64,000 bases of DNA from Octopus bimaculoides (Eukaryota), in assembly GCF_001194135.2 (NCBI RefSeq), contig NC_068981.1, positions 102,241,123 to 102,305,122 on the forward strand, in the 5' to 3' direction. The notes under the pieces were generated by a model. That model saw only the letters and a program-made list of their open reading frames with translations, was not told the origin of the DNA and ran no database searches. Position 1 is the stretch's first letter; the number at the start of each line of letters is the position of its first letter. Of the stretch, positions 59,877 to 64,000 are shown one piece after another. A program made the translations under genes and the position numbers.

Positions 59877-61959
59877 CACAGGTTTACAGAGAAATGGAGG
59901 AAAACATAAAGATAGTTGTTCTATCCTAATTTTGGGATGCTGATTTCAGGTACAAAACCAGTTTTCACTCATCACCTCTAGTTTTTGAGATATACATTAA
60001 TATGATTTGCGACAATTTATGTAACCATACATATGACCAATTTTTATTTTGTTTTCCAGGTTTTTGTGATACATATGATACACGTGTCTACAATGGCTTC
60101 ACACACTTTAAAACACTGAGGATGCATCAACAAAGCAAACTCATTTTGCTACATGTGTGGGGATTTCATGACAGTTGCACACTGCTGAACAATTACTTCC
60201 CTCCTGTGAACTGTTTACCTTCATTATTTTGAATGTAAAATTGGAAATCAGGACAAATCCTGGGCCCCACACATCTGTTGGAAACCCTGCTACAATGGAC
60301 TACTGCATTGTTTAATGGCAAGAAAGCAGCCTTCATCTTTGCTGTCCCAATGGTCTGGAGAGAGCCATGAAGCCATGCAGATGATAGTTATATTTGTCTC
60401 ACAAATATAACAAGTTTCAATGCTTCTTCTAGAAAAAAGATCAAATATGCCAACCTTCCCTCAGTTATGAGACCTGTTCCCCTCTCAGATGATTTCCAAG
60501 TCCCTACACCCCCAGCAAATCAGGATCTTCCTTCATCAGATGAAGAAATACCTTCAGGAGAAGTTGATCTCTTCTGAAGACAATGTCTCTGTTTATTCAG
60601 AAGCAAGTGGAAATGAGCCTCACTGGATCACACAAGAAGACCTGAATGACCTTGCCCATGATTTGTATCTATCTAAGCAGCAGTCAGAGCTCCTGGCATA
60701 CTGGCTTAAGCAGTGGGCCCTGGTCAAGGCAGATATAAGGATTACCAGTTTCAGGTCACAGAACCAGGACTTTGCTTCATTCTTTGACATGGAAAACAGG
60801 TTGTGCTACTGCACAATGGGAATAAATACCCTAGCATTCCCATTGCCTAATCAGTCCATCTGAAGATGTCATATGAAAATATAGAGCTCCTTTTGGAAGC
60901 TGTCAAATACAACCAGTACCAGTGGAGTCTCTGCAGAGACCTCAAGGTCATTGGGCTCCTTATTGGTATGCAAGCGGGCTTCACAAAGTACTGTTGCTTT
61001 CTCTGTCTCTGAGACAGTCGGGCTGTACCCAAGCACTACAAGCAGAAGGACTGGGAATCTAGAACACTTATGTGCCTGATGAATAGTGTTCAAGAAAATC
61101 TTCTGGTGAACATGGACAAGCTGCTTCTTCCTTCTCTTCATATTTAGCATGGTTTAATGAAGAATTTTATGAAGGCCATGGACAAAAATACCGCTGCCTT
61201 TCAACACTTGTGCACTCTATTCCCAACTCTGAGTTCTGATAAGCTCAAGGAGGGGATCTTCGTCAGATCTCAGAACCAAGAGGTGCTGAAGGATAAGGAC
61301 TTTGAGGAGCTTCTTACCTTAAAGGAACCAAGAGCATGGGAAGCATTTAAGTCAGTCTGCCATTGCTTCATTGGTGACACACGGGTACTAGATTACCAAA
61401 AGCGTATTGAGAAGTTGTTACAGTCTTATGAGGATATGGGATGCTGAATGTCACTACTCAAAATTTACTTTCTTCACTCCCACTTCAACTTCTTCCCTCC
61501 CAAATGATGAGCATGGAGAAAGGTTCCACCAAGATATTACTAAGAGAGTGAGCAATTACCAAGGCAAGTGGAACCTCAGCATGATGGAGGACTTTTGCTG
61601 GATGCTCTTGCACGACATCCTGGAGGTAAAGTACACAAGTTCATCAAAAAAACTCACTTCTAACTGCCTGCTGTACTATGATTTGGGTGTGTTGTAATAT
61701 TCAAGTAATTTAGTTCCATCAGTGTTCTGTAATTATGCTGTTTTTTTCTGTAATATGTCTTTGTAATAGATGAAATAAACACATTATATTTTGAATTTAT
61801 ATGCAGTATAATTAAACTGGGATATGTGAAAGTAAAACAACTAGAGATGACAGAGCAAAACTGTTCAGAAAATTGAATTCACCACATCAATATTAGTAAA
61901 AAAAAAACACCTGTTCACATCCTTGCCTCAGCAAAAAAAAAAAAAAATGTAAACCAGTG
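59877..61959 (+). mobile_element. Chapaev3-type (CMC superfamily) DNA transposon, full length, decayed transposase (~60093-61697)
   Basis: TIR CAC(A/T)GGTTTACA; 3-bp TSD TAA. Motifs FCYMCG, GNQDKSWAPHIC, VPMVWREP, DLKVIGLLIGMQAGFTKYCCFLCL, KLKEGIFV and DEHGERFHQDI. Confidence 0.88.
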
Positions 61960-61974
61960 TAATGATTGCACTGT

Positions 61975-62310
61975 TAGCACAAGGCCAGTGATTATGGGGG
62001 AAGCGAGTAAGTCAATTACATCGACCCCAGCATTCAACTGGTACTTATTCTATCAACACTGAAAGGATGAAAGGCAAAGTTGACCTCAGCGGAATTTGAA
62101 TTCATAACATTAAGACATGAAATGTTAAACATTTTGCAAGACGTGCTAATGATTCTACCTGCTCACTGCCTATATAATGATAATGATAATTTTTTTCTAC
62201 TATAGGCACAAGGGCTGAAATTTGGGAGGCAGGAGCTAGATGATTAAATTGATCCCAAAAAGATGAAAAGGAAAGTTGACCTTGATGGAATTTGAACTCA
62301 GGATGTAAAG
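61975..62310 (-). mobile_element. SINE family B copy plus a partial second copy
   Basis: Reverse matches to family B. Confidence 0.7.
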
Positions 62311-62380
62311 ATGATTTGATGAGTTGGATTGCAGTAGACTATTTATAATTTAATTGCAAGGCTGACTGAGATGAAATTAC

Positions 62381-62749
62381 CTTTTAGTTTTTATTTGTTT
62401 CAGTCATTGGATTATGGCCAATGCTGGAGCACTGCCTTGGAGGGTCTAGTTGAAAGATCAAACTTATTTTAGTCTGGTACTTATTCTTCCAGTCTTTGTT
62501 GGCAAACTGTTAAGCTATAGGAATGTAAACAAACCAACACCAGTTGTCAAGTTGTGAGGCTGGTAACACACACACACATACACACAACAGGATTCCACAC
62601 AGTTTCCAGGTACCAAATTCACTCACAAGGTGTTTGTTGGTCTGGAGCTATAGTAGAAGACACTTGCCTAAGGTGCCACAAAATGGAACTGAACCTGAAG
62701 CCACTTGGTTGCATAGTGAGCTTCTTAACCACACAGCCATATGTGCACC
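62381..62749 (-). mobile_element. SINE family A, older copy
   Basis: Reverse match to family A. Confidence 0.75.
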
Positions 62750-63794
62750 CTGTGAACTCTAGTCTACAGTTGGTTACTGGAGCAGCTTTATGTTACCTCT
62801 CATACAATCCAAACAAAGACTTTTAACCCAGAACTGAAAAATAAAAAAACTAACGAAAACTTTCTATAACAGTGTCTTTGCTTCCTTCAGCAATAAGTTG
62901 TACTCACACATTTAACTTGTCTATGGTCAAGTGGATAGAAGCACATGGCTTAGCGCTCCACTCATGATTATAAATCTGTTGTTTCAATTCCAGAATCGGG
63001 CAATGCTTTGTGTTCTTGAACAAACCACTTCATTTCACATTGCTCCAGTCCACTCAGCTGGCCAATATACATAAACCTGTAACAGATTGGTGTCTCACCC
63101 AATAGGGACATGTATATGCCACAGAATCCAGGATTCTAATCACATGAGCCTGTGGATCAGGAAGGACTGTTGATCCTTCTGTTTTTATTTTTGATGGCCA
63201 GGTAAACTGGACCTTTAAATGTGAAATGCCTTCGTTAGAGACAGGATGAAAGTAAGATGAAAACCTGTTATTTTGGCTAGTAGACCAATAACATTGGTGT
63301 CACTGGTATTTTGTTTGCTTGATCATCTGAGATACTTAGATACTCATTCACCGTTATTGGCTGATGGAATACCTTATGTGACAAAACTACCAACAAAACA
63401 TTATTCTAGTGTCACAGAATTACAAGAAATTAAATATTTTCTGCATTCAAGATTACTTATTTCTGTTTAGTATGTAAAATGTCTCTAAAAGTGTTAAAAA
63501 AAAATGCTAAAATAAGAAAATTTTACATTTCACTTCACATGACATTGATTGACATTCTAATTAGTTACTTACACTGAGTGGTGAAACTATTTCCGAATTA
63601 CACATAGATGTGCGCACTAGTGATTCACAAAACAACAATAATACAATTGCTACATTATGTCTATGTAAATAACTACATTCTAATTCTCAACACTGGAAGA
63701 ATACTGCAAGTTCATTACATTTCTGACACATGATAGACAGAAATATCCACCTAACTTATCTGACTATCTTCCTGCATGGCTACATGTTTAACAA

Positions 63795-63826
<32 letters not shown>

Positions 63827-63831
<5 letters not shown>

Positions 63832-64000
63832 GTAAGCACATGAAATGTGCAACAAGGTGGAAAAAAGAGTACTCAAATACCAGAGGTAGAGTAATATGCT
63901 TTATTTAAAAGCAGCAGAAATATAACAAAAAAACCGTTAGGGAACGTGAATCTCAGAGTAACGGTTTTTTTGTTATATTTCTGCTGCTTTTAAATAAAGT
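63827..64000. repeat. Perfect 41-bp inverted repeat with a 19-bp spacer; probable inverted PLE pseudo-LTR junction running off the window
   Basis: 63899-63939 is the exact reverse complement of 63959-63999. Confidence 0.85.

Overview
This is animal (metazoan) genomic DNA, AT-rich and very dense in microsatellites, with about 14 assembly gaps. The repeat content points to an octopod cephalopod; this is inferred from my recognition of the SINE and RTE families, not from a database search. I find no supportable host exon, so the window is intronic or intergenic. Almost all of it is transposon-derived. Retroelements: four tRNA-headed SINE families; RTE-clade LINEs carrying a PHD-type Cys4-His-Cys3 finger inside the RT; a BovB-like RTE tail; an R4/Dong-type RLE fragment; and Penelope-like elements (PLEs) from three lineages. 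DNA transposons: a DD37E Tc1-like element, two mariners, a pogo/Tc2 derivative, hAT and TTAA MITEs, Helitron remnants and a Chapaev3-type element. The strongest theme is PLEs and hammerhead ribozymes. Three decayed minimal hammerheads and one half-hammerhead are visible. One PLE pseudo-LTR combines a tRNA-like Pol III promoter, a hammerhead and the ORF start, and lies inverted against its own body. Another PLE has its GIY and YIG motifs separated in frame by 128 codons. Coordinates for degraded repeats are approximate, and family names come from motif recognition by eye.
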